Assembly (NCBI GenBank): GCA_964409515.1
Contig: CAYPDY010000001.1
Location: 6,072 to 63,393, forward strand
Source: an uncultured Dehalococcoidia bacterium
GTDB lineage: Bacteria; Chloroflexota; Dehalococcoidia; UBA2247; RBG-13-53-26
DNA length: 57,322 nucleotides
Direction of reading: 5' to 3'
How positions within the stretch are numbered: position 1 is the first letter of the stretch; each line of letters begins with the position of its first letter. Shown one piece after another: positions 42,419-52,600 of the stretch. Under the pieces are notes generated by a model. The model was not told the origin of the DNA. It saw only the letters and a list, made by a program, of their open reading frames with translations, and did no database searches. Made by a program: the position numbers and the translations under genes.

Positions 42419-45400
42419 TCAGGAGGCTGTACTCTCTCCCACCGAGACCCGATTCTTCCCGGATTTCTTGGAGGCGTAGAGGGCGCCGTCGGCGGACCGG
42501 ATCAGGCCGTCCTTGTCGCTGGCATGGTGGGGGAAGGCAGCCAGGCCGATGCTGACCGTCAGTTTCGAGCTTCCTGCGGAGTGGCGGATCTCCATCTCTT
42601 CGATCGAGCGGCGCAGCTTCTCGGCGGCCACCAGACCGGCCTCCAGGTCGGTTTCCGGCAGGATTACGGCGAACTCCTCGCCGCCGTATCGGGCGGAGAT
42701 GTCCACGGTGCGCGTGTTCTGGCGGATGGCGCGGGCCACATGCCTCAACACCTCGTCGCCCACCTGGTGGCCGCAGGTATCGTTGAACTCCTTGAAGTTG
42801 TCGATGTCGATCATGGCCAGGGAGAATGACTGGCCGTAGCGCCGCGAGCGCTGGACCTCCTGGTCCAGCAGGATGTGGAAGTAGCGGTGCACGAAGAGCT
42901 TGGTCAGGCCGTCGGTGGTGGCCAGGTCGAAGAGCTTGGCGTTCTCCAGCGATATGGCCGCCTGGGCGGCGATGATGCCCAGGATTTCCAGGCGGTCCGG
43001 GGTGAAGGCCCCTGCGGCCAGGTTGTTCTCCATGTACAGGATGCCGTAGAGCTTGCCCTTGTTCAGGATCGGCGTGCACAGGATGGACTGGCAGCGGCGG
43101 CTGATGACGTGCGGGTCGTTCATGAAGGCGCCCTCCTGGGCGGCGTTGGCCAGGATAACGGGTGTGCCGCTGCGGGACACGTAGTTGATGATGGCCACCG
43201 AGAGGCCTTTGCAGTCCTCCAGCGGGGTGGACTGCAGCACGCGTGACTCATGGGCACCGACGTCCTCACTGGCCTCCACTGTCAGCCGGGCGTCCGATTC
43301 CAGGCACAGGTAGCCGAGCTGCGCGCCGGCAGTCGTGATGGACATGTGCATGATCTTCTGCAGCAGGCGGTCCAGCATGATCTCGCTGGATATGACCTGG
43401 GAGACCTGCATCACCGCGGACAGGTCCAGCAGGCGGGAGCCGGCAGACGTCTGCTCCATGTTCCCGGGCAGGCCCGGCCTGGCCTCGCCGCGGACGAGAT
43501 CCGGGTAGCGCTCCTCGAGGTCCTTCTGCTTGGCCGACGCTCCCCAGGAGCGGTACAGATGGTGGGCCCGCTGCATGAAGAGTCCGGCTTCACCTCCCAG
43601 GTCACGAGTGAGATAGTACAGCGCCAGGTGCTCGCAGGCCCGGGCCTCGTCGTGGAGATAGTCGTTCCGGCGAGCCCCCTCAATGGCGGCATGGTAGAGC
43701 CTGATGGCCTCGTTCGGCCGGCCGGCCAGGGCCGCCATCTCCGCAGCGACCAGGTCATGCTTGTGCTGGAAGTTCTCGGGGCAGAGGGCCGCCCAGGTGC
43801 GCATCTTGCGCTGGTTGCGGCGCAGGATGTCTGTGAACTTCTGGCGTCGCTTCACCTCCCCCTGTGCGAGCAGGGCTGTCAGGATCAGGGAATAGTAGAA
43901 GTAGTGGTCGACGACCAGGAGGGCGCCGATGGGGACATGGACGTGCTGGTCTATTTCTGTGGAAACCTCCAGAGCCTCCTCGTACCGTCCGTACCAGGAG
44001 AGCAGGATGGCCCGGGGAAGGAGCGCCAGGCACAGGCCGAAATGGTGGCCTTCTTTTCGGAAATGGTCGGTGTAGGCGGCCATATCGAAGCCGTCTCCGG
44101 AGAGGTCATCACGCAATGGTGAGGCGCCCTTCAAGACCAGGATGTAGCGGATGAGCGCCCGGTACTGGGCCGTAATCAGCGGATCCTGCAGGACATCCAT
44201 GAACTCCTGGTATCTCTTGAGGTCATCCAGGACGTCGTCCAGGCGCGGGGAGATCCTGAGCCGGGTCTCCCCCGCGGCGTTGATGCTGTGTCCGGCATAG
44301 ATGAAATCGCCCGCGTTAATGGACAGCTCGTAGACCTTGGGATAGACCGCCAGGTCGTACCTGATATGTCTCTTCCAGTGCTGGATAAAGAAGGCGAAGA
44401 TGTGGTGGACCTGGCCGGCCACGCTGCGATTGTCGAGCCTTTCGTTCAGTTTGAGGGCCATCTCGCCCAGGCGGTAGCCGAGCGCATAGTCGCCCTGGGC
44501 ATTTTCCACAATAGTTGCCAGGGCGGCGAAGGCCAGTGCGGCATGCGGCACATGCCCGTAGCGAAGGCTGGCGTTCACCCCCTTGAGCACCAGCAGGGCG
44601 AAGAGGTTGGCGTTGACGTAGTAGGCGGGTGTGGCGATGCTCAGCATTAGATCGTGCGCGGCCAGGAGCTCTTCGTCCTGCATGCGGGGCAGTTCCAGGA
44701 TGTCCTCCAGCTTCCGCCTCCTGAGGGCTGCGCGCGCCTTGATAAGCTCGACAGCGACCGGGGCCTTGCCGACATCGATCGATATGTGGATGCCGAACAG
44801 CTTGAGGGCGGCCAGGCCCAGCTCGATGGCCTCGCGTGGAGAGCGCAGGCTGGTGTAAACCACTACCATGGTGGTGTAGACCCGGGCCTTGTCCACCCTG
44901 GTGCGCGACATGGCCACGATGACCTCGGACAGCCTCTCAGCCTCCTCGAAATCACGATTGAGGAACTGGCACTCCATCAGCTGCTTATGAAGATCGTACG
45001 TCAGTTGATAGTCCGCCTGCCACGAGTCCGCCGCCAGGAGCTCCCGCCCCGCGCTGAGATAGGCCGCCGCCGCGGCATAGGCGGTGGACTCCTTGGCCTT
45101 GATCCCCGCCTCAAGGTTCAGTTCAGCCAGGCGGCGCCGCCCGGCCGGCGAGCAGATGTGAGCCTTCCCCTGGTTCAGCTGGTCGACGATGTAGAAGATG
45201 CGGTTGAACAGCTGGTCCGGCGGGGTGCGCTGGAGCTCCATGATACCGATCTCGAAGTGGATCCGTTCCCGCTCGGCCGGAGTCAGCAGGGAATAGGCGG
45301 CTTCCTGGATGCGGTCATGGTGAAAGCGGTAGCGGTCACCCCTGCGGTTGACGAGCCCTTCCTGGATCAGGGCGTCGAGTGTGATGAGCACCTCCTCCAG

Positions 45401-47320
45401 GGGCTGGCCGGCGACGGAGGCCAGGGTCACGGCGTCAAAACGGTTGCCGATAACGGCGCAGGTCTGAAGGAGTCTCCGGGGCGCGGGCGCCAGAACATGG
45501 ATCCTCTCGGCCATGAACTGCACCACGTTGTCGGTGACCTGCATCTCCTGGATCCTGACCATGTCCCAGGTCCAGCCCCGCACCGGGTCGAGGACGATGC
45601 AGCGCTCCGCGTAGAGGGTCTTCAGGAACTGGTTGACGAAGAAGGGGTTGCCCCTGGTCTTGGCCTGCATCAGGTATGCCAGGGGCTGGCTGCTCTCGGG
45701 CGGGCAGCGCAGGAAGTTGGCGATGAACTGGTTCACGTCAACGGGGCGGAGACCCCCCAGGGTGACGGTGTTGATCGTCAGCCCGGTCCGGCGCATGGTC
45801 TCCAGCGTCAGGCTGAGGGGGTGGTGGGGGGGCACCTCCGTGTCGCGGTACGCGCCGATGAACAAGAGGCAGCGCAGCTCGCCGTCGGTGGCGATGGTCT
45901 CGATCAGGTGGAGGCTGGCGCTGTCGGCCCACTGCAGGTCATCGAGGAAGAGCACCAGCGGGTGCGACGCATCGGCGAAGACCCGGACGAAGTTCCGGCA
46001 GCAGAGGTTGAAGCGGTTCTGGGTCTCCTCCGGGCCGAGGTCCGGGATGTCCGGCTGCGGGCCGATGATGAGCTCGACCTCCGGGATGGCGTCGGTGATG
46101 ATCTTGCCGTTGGGCCCCAGGCTGCGGAGGATCTTCGTCTTCCACTCCCGGACGCGCTCGTCGCTCTCCGCCAGGATCTGGCGGGCCAGGCTCTGGAAGG
46201 CCTGGATGATGGAGCTGTAAGGGACCGAGCGCCGGAACTGGTCGTACTTGCCGCTGATGAAGTAGCCTCTCTTGGCCAGGATGGGCTTGTGGATCTCCTT
46301 GACCAGGGCCGACTTGCCGATCCCGGGCTCGCCCTGGACCAGCATCACCTCCACTGCGCCCCGGGCGACGCGGTCGAAGGCGGCGTGGAGGACCGCCAGC
46401 TCGGCGTCGCGGCCGACTACGATCTGGGGGATGATGAAACGCAGGGAGACGTCCTGGCGGCCCAGGTCGAACGGCTCGATGCCGCCGGTGAGCTCCAGCC
46501 GGGCCAGGCACTCACGCAGGTCGGCGGCCAGGCCGAAGCAGTTCTGGTAGCGGTCGGCGGCGGCCTTGGACATGAGCCTCATGACGATGTCGGACACCAC
46601 TGTCGGGATGCCCTGCCTGAGCTTCGCCGGCGCGGGGGGAACTCGGGCGATGTGGGCATGGATCATCTCCATGGCGTCACTGGAGGTGAAGGGCAGCTGG
46701 CCGGTGAGCATCTCGTAGAAGGTGACGCCCAGGGAGTACAGGTCGGTGCGGTAGTCGACGGCGCAGTTCATGCGGCCGGTCTGCTCCGGGGAGATATAGG
46801 CCAGGGCGCCCTGGATGATCTCCGGGTTGTAGAACTCCGCGCTCTGGCGGGTGAACTCGGCGGCGATGCCGAAGTCGGTTACCTTCACGGTACCGGATTC
46901 CCGGCCCACGATGATATTGGCCGGCTTGATGTCGCGGTGAGAGATGTTGTTCTGGTGGAGGTGGCCCAGGATGTCGGCCAGGCATATCGCCAGCTCGAGG
47001 AACCTCTTGACGGGAAGGCCGCCGCGGATCACTTCCTTGAGGGCCACACCCCCGAAGTCCTCCAGAACCAGGGCCACGCCGCCTTCGGCATCCAGCACGT
47101 CGAGGACGCGCACGATGCCTTCCACGTTGAGGCCGCGGATGATCTGATACTCATGCTTGAGGCGGGCGACCTCCGCGGGGGTGGGATACTCGGCGCGGAG
47201 GGCCTTGATGATGACGGTGCCGGGCGGGTCCTCCCGGTGCGCCCGAAAGACGACGGAGTGGAGCGTCTCATCGATCTGCTCCACAACAGCGTAGCCCGGG
47301 AAAGCGCTCACTGCACACAC
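42419..47320 (-). CDS. multidomain signalling protein: Ser/Thr kinase - AAA/STAND ATPase - helical (TPR-like) repeats - GAF - GGDEF diguanylate cyclase
   Basis: GTG start. Kinase: VIIKAL, HRDIKPANI, VTDFG, YISPEQ. P-loop GEPGIGKS and Walker B LVLFLDDLQWAD. Then about 600 aa of helical repeats. GAF: ...CTPILNKGKLYGILYMEN. GGDEF: RTVD-ISARY-GGEEF. Confidence 0.9.
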   Translation of the reverse strand: MCAVSAFPGYAVVEQIDETLHSVVFRAHREDPPGTVIIKALRAEYPTPAEVARLKHEYQIIRGLNVEGIVRVLDVLDAEGGVALVLEDFGGVALKEVIRGGLPVKRFLELAICLADILGHLHQNNISHRDIKPANIIVGRESGTVKVTDFGIAAEFTRQSAEFYNPEIIQGALAYISPEQTGRMNCAVDYRTDLYSLGVTFYEMLTGQLPFTSSDAMEMIHAHIARVPPAPAKLRQGIPTVVSDIVMRLMSKAAADRYQNCFGLAADLRECLARLELTGGIEPFDLGRQDVSLRFIIPQIVVGRDAELAVLHAAFDRVARGAVEVMLVQGEPGIGKSALVKEIHKPILAKRGYFISGKYDQFRRSVPYSSIIQAFQSLARQILAESDERVREWKTKILRSLGPNGKIITDAIPEVELIIGPQPDIPDLGPEETQNRFNLCCRNFVRVFADASHPLVLFLDDLQWADSASLHLIETIATDGELRCLLFIGAYRDTEVPPHHPLSLTLETMRRTGLTINTVTLGGLRPVDVNQFIANFLRCPPESSQPLAYLMQAKTRGNPFFVNQFLKTLYAERCIVLDPVRGWTWDMVRIQEMQVTDNVVQFMAERIHVLAPAPRRLLQTCAVIGNRFDAVTLASVAGQPLEEVLITLDALIQEGLVNRRGDRYRFHHDRIQEAAYSLLTPAERERIHFEIGIMELQRTPPDQLFNRIFYIVDQLNQGKAHICSPAGRRRLAELNLEAGIKAKESTAYAAAAAYLSAGRELLAADSWQADYQLTYDLHKQLMECQFLNRDFEEAERLSEVIVAMSRTRVDKARVYTTMVVVYTSLRSPREAIELGLAALKLFGIHISIDVGKAPVAVELIKARAALRRRKLEDILELPRMQDEELLAAHDLMLSIATPAYYVNANLFALLVLKGVNASLRYGHVPHAALAFAALATIVENAQGDYALGYRLGEMALKLNERLDNRSVAGQVHHIFAFFIQHWKRHIRYDLAVYPKVYELSINAGDFIYAGHSINAAGETRLRISPRLDDVLDDLKRYQEFMDVLQDPLITAQYRALIRYILVLKGASPLRDDLSGDGFDMAAYTDHFRKEGHHFGLCLALLPRAILLSWYGRYEEALEVSTEIDQHVHVPIGALLVVDHYFYYSLILTALLAQGEVKRRQKFTDILRRNQRKMRTWAALCPENFQHKHDLVAAEMAALAGRPNEAIRLYHAAIEGARRNDYLHDEARACEHLALYYLTRDLGGEAGLFMQRAHHLYRSWGASAKQKDLEERYPDLVRGEARPGLPGNMEQTSAGSRLLDLSAVMQVSQVISSEIMLDRLLQKIMHMSITTAGAQLGYLCLESDARLTVEASEDVGAHESRVLQSTPLEDCKGLSVAIINYVSRSGTPVILANAAQEGAFMNDPHVISRRCQSILCTPILNKGKLYGILYMENNLAAGAFTPDRLEILGIIAAQAAISLENAKLFDLATTDGLTKLFVHRYFHILLDQEVQRSRRYGQSFSLAMIDIDNFKEFNDTCGHQVGDEVLRHVARAIRQNTRTVDISARYGGEEFAVILPETDLEAGLVAAEKLRRSIEEMEIRHSAGSSKLTVSIGLAAFPHHASDKDGLIRSADGALYASKKSGKNRVSVGESTAS

Positions 47321-47396
47321 ACTCCATTCACTGGCGGCCTGCCCGCGATGCGTCCGCCGCCGGGAGGGGTGCTGCCCGGGTGAGACTCGACGCGGG

Positions 47397-49337
47397 CTAT
47401 CTTGCCGTCTGGGTGGCGGTAACCCTGGACGCGGCCTTCTTCGCCTGCTTGTCCTGGTACATGCGGTTGTCAGCCTCTCTCATGATCTCGGCCAGCTGGC
47501 AGCCCTCTCCACCGGTGGCTACGCCCATGGAGAAGCTCAGGGAAACCCCCCGGTGCTCGCTGTTGTGGATCGCCAATGTGGCCCTCAGTCGTTCCATGGC
47601 CTTCTCGGCCACGGCGGTGTCGGCGCCGGGGAGCAGCACGGCGAACTCGTCGCCCCCGATCCTTGACACTACATCTCCCGAGCGGAAGGTGGCTATGAGG
47701 ACCGTGGCCGTCCGCCTCAGGAGCGCATCCCCGGCGACGTGGCCCTGGGTGTCATTGACCGCCTTCAACCCGTCCACGTCCACCATCACTACGCTCACCG
47801 GGAAGGGGCCTCCGGCACGTTCCATCCGGGCGAACTCGCTCTCGAAATAGGCCCGGTTGTGCAGGCCGCTGAGGGCATCGTGGCTGCTGACGAACTCCAG
47901 CCTCATCTCCGCCCGCTTCCGCTCGGTGACGTCGCGCACCATGACCAGCGCCTCGTTCTCGCGGCTGGCCGCCACGCGGGCCTCGTAAAAGGCCGTTTCC
48001 CCCTTGAGCGGGACCTGGATCTCGAAGGTCTGCGTCTCTCCCGTTTGCAGTGCCCGCTTTACCAGCGGCAGGCCGCGGCGGACGACCTCTGCCGACAGGA
48101 CATCGTACTGCGGCATCTCCTTGTACAGTCTGCCCTCCGTGAACCTGACCTTGGCCCCCGGCGCGCCGCCTTTCTCGGCGGCCCGGGCGTCGATGATGGT
48201 GCCGTCCGCGGCCACCCGGAACATCAGGTCCGGCACCGCGTTGAGCAGGGCCCGCTTCTCCGCCTCCCGTTCGCTCAGCTCACGCTGCGACCGGCCCAGC
48301 GAGGCCAGCAGGCCGTTGATGGCCTCGCCCAGCCCCGAGACTTCATCCTGCCCCTCAACCGCGAGCCGGGCGGTCAGGTCGCCGGTTTCGCGCACGCTGT
48401 TGATGCCCTTGCTCAAACCCACCAGCCGGGAGAGGACCACCCGGTTCCCTACCAGTGCGAGGCCCATGGTGAAGACCACCGCTATCGCGGCCAGGAGGCC
48501 TATGAGCCAGTAGACCGTCTGCTGCCCCTGGTGGTAGATGTCGCGGGGCAGGTTGGCCCTCATTATCATCGCCGGCTGGCCGTAGACGTCATTCAGCAGG
48601 CCGTAGCCGGACACCGTGTCGCCGTCCAGCGGCCGGCTGACCACCGGGCATTCGTCCGATAGCCGGGGCTGCACCTCCTGCAAGTCCGTGGGCATGTTGA
48701 TTTCGTCCCAGCGGAAGACGCCCAGGGACATGTGCGTTTGCTCCGAAAGGCGCTCCAACTCGCCATCATCCAGCAGGCGGGCGAAGACCGTGCGGCCCTT
48801 GACCGGCCCGTAGTTGGTCTCGACGTTGATGGGAAACGACTGGACGAGCAGAGCATCGTTGGCCAGAAGGAGTATGCCGGTCCCGGAGGCATTCTCGTCC
48901 TCCGGCGCTGTAATCGGGTTGTCCTCGCGCATCAGCTCTTCGGCGAATCCGTCAGGGAAAGGTATCGCCACGCCCGTATCCGGGTCGTATCCCATGCCCG
49001 AGGGAGGCTCGCCGGGAGTCATGATGAAGGCGACGAAGTTGATGTTGAGGATGGCGAAGGACTGGCCGTCGAAGTTCACCTCCAGGTGTGTCCCCTCCTC
49101 ATCCTCGACCCACTTGAAAGACCCGCTCTCGAAGATCTCCGGTCCGAAGTTGACGTTCAGGTTGGTGAAGTCCTGGTACAGGGCGCTGACGGCCCGCTGA
49201 GTGTTCTCTTCCGTATTGTCCCTCTCCATTGCGGCGAAGCGCTTGGTCACCACGTTCTGGGCCACCAGCAGGGTCAGGACCAGCGCCACGGCAAAGCCGG
49301 CGCCGATCATCAGCATAAACTTGGTGCGCAGTCTCAT
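47397..49337 (-). CDS. membrane diguanylate cyclase (extracytoplasmic sensor, HAMP, PAS, GGDEF)
   Basis: N-terminal TM, a periplasmic domain of about 260 aa (family not assigned, possibly CHASE4-like), a second TM, then HAMP (DEVSGLGEAINGL), PAS (LLNAVPDLMFRVAADGTIID) and RSGD-VVSRI-GGDEF. Confidence 0.9.
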   Translation of the reverse strand: MRLRTKFMLMIGAGFAVALVLTLLVAQNVVTKRFAAMERDNTEENTQRAVSALYQDFTNLNVNFGPEIFESGSFKWVEDEEGTHLEVNFDGQSFAILNINFVAFIMTPGEPPSGMGYDPDTGVAIPFPDGFAEELMREDNPITAPEDENASGTGILLLANDALLVQSFPINVETNYGPVKGRTVFARLLDDGELERLSEQTHMSLGVFRWDEINMPTDLQEVQPRLSDECPVVSRPLDGDTVSGYGLLNDVYGQPAMIMRANLPRDIYHQGQQTVYWLIGLLAAIAVVFTMGLALVGNRVVLSRLVGLSKGINSVRETGDLTARLAVEGQDEVSGLGEAINGLLASLGRSQRELSEREAEKRALLNAVPDLMFRVAADGTIIDARAAEKGGAPGAKVRFTEGRLYKEMPQYDVLSAEVVRRGLPLVKRALQTGETQTFEIQVPLKGETAFYEARVAASRENEALVMVRDVTERKRAEMRLEFVSSHDALSGLHNRAYFESEFARMERAGGPFPVSVVMVDVDGLKAVNDTQGHVAGDALLRRTATVLIATFRSGDVVSRIGGDEFAVLLPGADTAVAEKAMERLRATLAIHNSEHRGVSLSFSMGVATGGEGCQLAEIMREADNRMYQDKQAKKAASRVTATQTAR

Positions 49338-49594
49338 CCAAATCTCTCTCGATCAGGACGCCTGAACGGGAACCTCGCCCGGCCCGGCCTCAAGCGCCGG
49401 CCCCGCGGAGCACTCCGCGAGACGCGCGCCAGACGTTCCTCCCCGGGCAGAGGTTTCACCTCCTACAGTATGGGGACGTGCTGTCACGGCGGCGTATCAA
49501 GACAACCGGGGGACCTCACGATTTCATCTCCGAAGGCCACCCAATCCCTCTCATGTATCTCTCCGGGCGGCCCTCCGGCCGGGCGCCGGGCCTT

Positions 49595-49624
49595 TTGACT
49601 TTTCGCGGCTGCGGTGCGTATCAT
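49595..49624 (+). promoter_or_regulatory. candidate promoter TTGACT-N18-TATCAT for the helicase gene
   Basis: TTGACT at 49595-49600 and TATCAT at 49619-49624. GGGAGA SD at 49635-49640. ATG at 49645. Confidence 0.45.
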
Positions 49625-49644
49625 GTCGCGGCCGGGAGACGCTG

Positions 49645-52600
49645 ATGGTTGAGAGCGAGAAACAGCTGGAGATCGCCAGGGGCAGGCTGCTGGACCTGTC
49701 GCTGCGCAATCGGCTGCTGAACTTCCGGCCCACCAGGCGCCGGTCCATTGGGATCGTCGATGAGGTCCCGGCCGAGATCTATGACATCCTGGTCCTGAAC
49801 GAGAAGTCCATGCACTTCCGCCCGGGAGACCGGGCCGCGGCCCCGGATCCGGAGGGTGTTGACCGGCCGCCGGACCGCTTCCTCCAGACGGCGCTGGAGA
49901 GCGGGGAGCTCCAGGAGAGGCTGTACTTCCTCTACCAGGAGTCCGCGTCCAGCATGGAGGAAGCGGGGTACTCCATCCTCTACCTGGCCCTTGGCTTCCT
50001 GGAGTGGCAGGAAAGCGATGCTTTGCCGGAGACCCGGAAGGCGCCGCTGGTGCTCATCCCGGTGGAGCTGGAGCGCGCCGGCGTCAGGACGGCCTTCTCG
50101 CTGCGCTGGAGCGGCGAGGACCTGTCCACCAACATCTCCCTGCAGGCCGCGCTGGCCAGGCAGGGGGTCCTCCTGCCCGACTTCGAGATGCCGGACGAGA
50201 ACGAGAAGGAAGGCATCAACGAGTACTTCCAGGCGGTCTCCCGGAACATCCAGGAAAAGCCCCGCTGGCGGGTGGTCACCGACATCTACCTGGGCTTCTT
50301 CAGCTTCAGGAAGTTCACCATGTACCGGGACCTGGACCCGCATGCCTGGCCGGAGGACGCGTCTCCGGCGGACGCTCCCCTCATCCGGGCCCTCTTTGAT
50401 CCTGCCTACCGCGCGGAGAGCGTGCCCGGCTTCGATGGCGAGGAGTCCGACGAGAAACTGAGGGCCGCCGATCTCTATCATATTGTGGATGCCGACCCCT
50501 CGCAGATCGCCGCCATAGAGGACGTCAAGTCGGGGCGCAACCTGGTGGTGGAAGGACCGCCGGGGACCGGGAAATCACAGACCATCGCCAACGTCATCGC
50601 CGAATCCCTGGCGGCGGGCCGGAGCGTCCTGTTCGTCAGTGAGAAGATGGCGGCCCTGGAGGTGGTGAAGGCCCGGCTGGACCAGGCCGGGATAGGGGAC
50701 TTCTGCCTGCAGTTGCACAGCCACAAGTCGAACAAGAGGGAGGTGCTGGATGAGCTGCGCCGCACCCTGGAGATGGCGGCCCCCGGGGAAGTTCGTCTGG
50801 AGGAGGAGTTCGACCGGCTGGACAGCCTCAGGTCGGAGCTGAACGGGTACGCCAGGGAGCTCCGGGAGCCGTGGGGAAACCTCGCGCGCTCGCCGTTCGA
50901 CCTGTACTGCGCCGGCGAGGGCGTGAGGCGGCATTTCGAGGCGGCGGGCCGGCCGATGCCCGCAGTCAGCATGTCCCTCCCGGAGGGTTTCGACCAGAAG
51001 CAGTGGACGCAGGCCAGGTCCGCCTTCGAGGGGTTGGGGCAGGCTCTGCCGCTGGTGGCCCCCGTGGGTGCCAACCCGTGGCTGGGGTGCCGCCCTGCCA
51101 GCCTGCTGCCGTCGGATGTGGAGGAAGTCCGGGACCTGCTGGCCCGCTGCGCGGCTTCGCTCCGCCGGCTCGAGGAGAGCATCGACGCCGTGGTTGGCCT
51201 GTGCGCCATAAGCCGTCCGGCCAGCCTCGAGGAGCTGGGAAAGGCCACCACCGCGGCGGACATCATGGCGGCCTCCGTGCCCGTGGAGGCGGAGGCGCTG
51301 GCCAACCCGAAATGGGACGGGGCGGGCAGCCCGGCCCGGGACATCATCAGTGTCGTCGAGTCGACCCGGGAGGAAGCTGGCTTTCTGAAGTTTCGGTTCA
51401 GGGAAGACGCCCTGGGACGGGCCGACGAGATCGCCCGAATGCATGAGGAGTATGCCAGGAGTGCCGGCAGCCCCCTCCGGTTCCTCAGCGGCCGCTACCG
51501 GGATCTCAACCGGCAGGTGGCCGGGCTGTACCGGGACGGGGCCCCCGGGGACAACTCGCGGAAGGTCTCCGACCTTGGCCATTTCCGCCGGTACCGGGAA
51601 CTGCGCCAGCGGATCCAGGAGGACGATGGCATGGCCCGCTCCCTGTTCGGCCGGCACTGGCAGGCAGAGGCGAGCGATCCGGCCCTGCTGCGCCGGGTGG
51701 CGGACTGGGTGCCGTCGTTTCGCCAGATGCTGTCCTCGGGGACCATTGCCGGGGCGGCGGTGTCCCTGGTGGCCGCCGGGCTGCCGGCGGCGGAGCTGCA
51801 GAAGGCCACCGGGATGCTGAGGACGGCGGGCGAGGCGTTCTCCCGGGACCTGACCATGGTCCTGGAGAGGGTCGGCGCGGACTGCGCGGCGGTCTTCGGC
51901 GGCCCGAAGGACGGGGCGCGATTCCCGGACATAGGCCGGCGCCTGGAAGTCTGGAGCGGCAGTCTGTCCGGTCTCGATCGGTGGTCGCAGTTCGTGATGC
52001 TCAGGGACCGCTGCCTGGAGTCGGTGGGCTCGCCCGTGGCGGACGTGGTGATGCAGGACCGTGTGGAGGCGGCCGACCTTGTTCCCTGTTTCGAAGGCAA
52101 CCTGGTCAACGCGCTCCTGCGGCAGGCGTTCGAGAAGCGGCCCCACCTGGCGCGCTTCTTCGGCCTGGTGCACGAGAAGAAGATACAGGATTTCGCCGAT
52201 CTGGACCGCGGCCTGATTGCGGCCAACCGGCGCCGGCTGCGGCAGAAGCTGTGGAGGGCCATGCCGCGGGACCCGGCGGATGCCTCCCCCGGATCGGCGG
52301 CCGGGATCCTCCAGGGGGAGCTGCGCAAGACGCGCCGCCATATGCCCATCCGCAAGCTGCTGGTCAGGTGCGGCCCGCATATCCAGAAGATCAAGCCGTG
52401 TTTCATGATGAGCCCCCTGTCCATCGCTCAGTTCCTGGATCCCCGGAGCGTGCGCTTCGACCTCATCCTTTTCGACGAAGCCAGCCAGGTGCGGCCGGAG
52501 GACGCCCTGGGTGCGCTGCTGCGGGCCAACCAGGTGGTGGTCATGGGGGACCGGCGCCAGCTGCCTCCCACCACCTTTTTCGACCGGATCGTCCATGAAG

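Noticed and set aside
44654-47383. 909-aa plus-strand ORF opposite the kinase-STAND gene
   Set aside because: Shadow ORF. Its composition is dominated by G/L/V/D/A/R runs. The minus frame carries kinase, P-loop, GAF and GGDEF motifs in the expected order.
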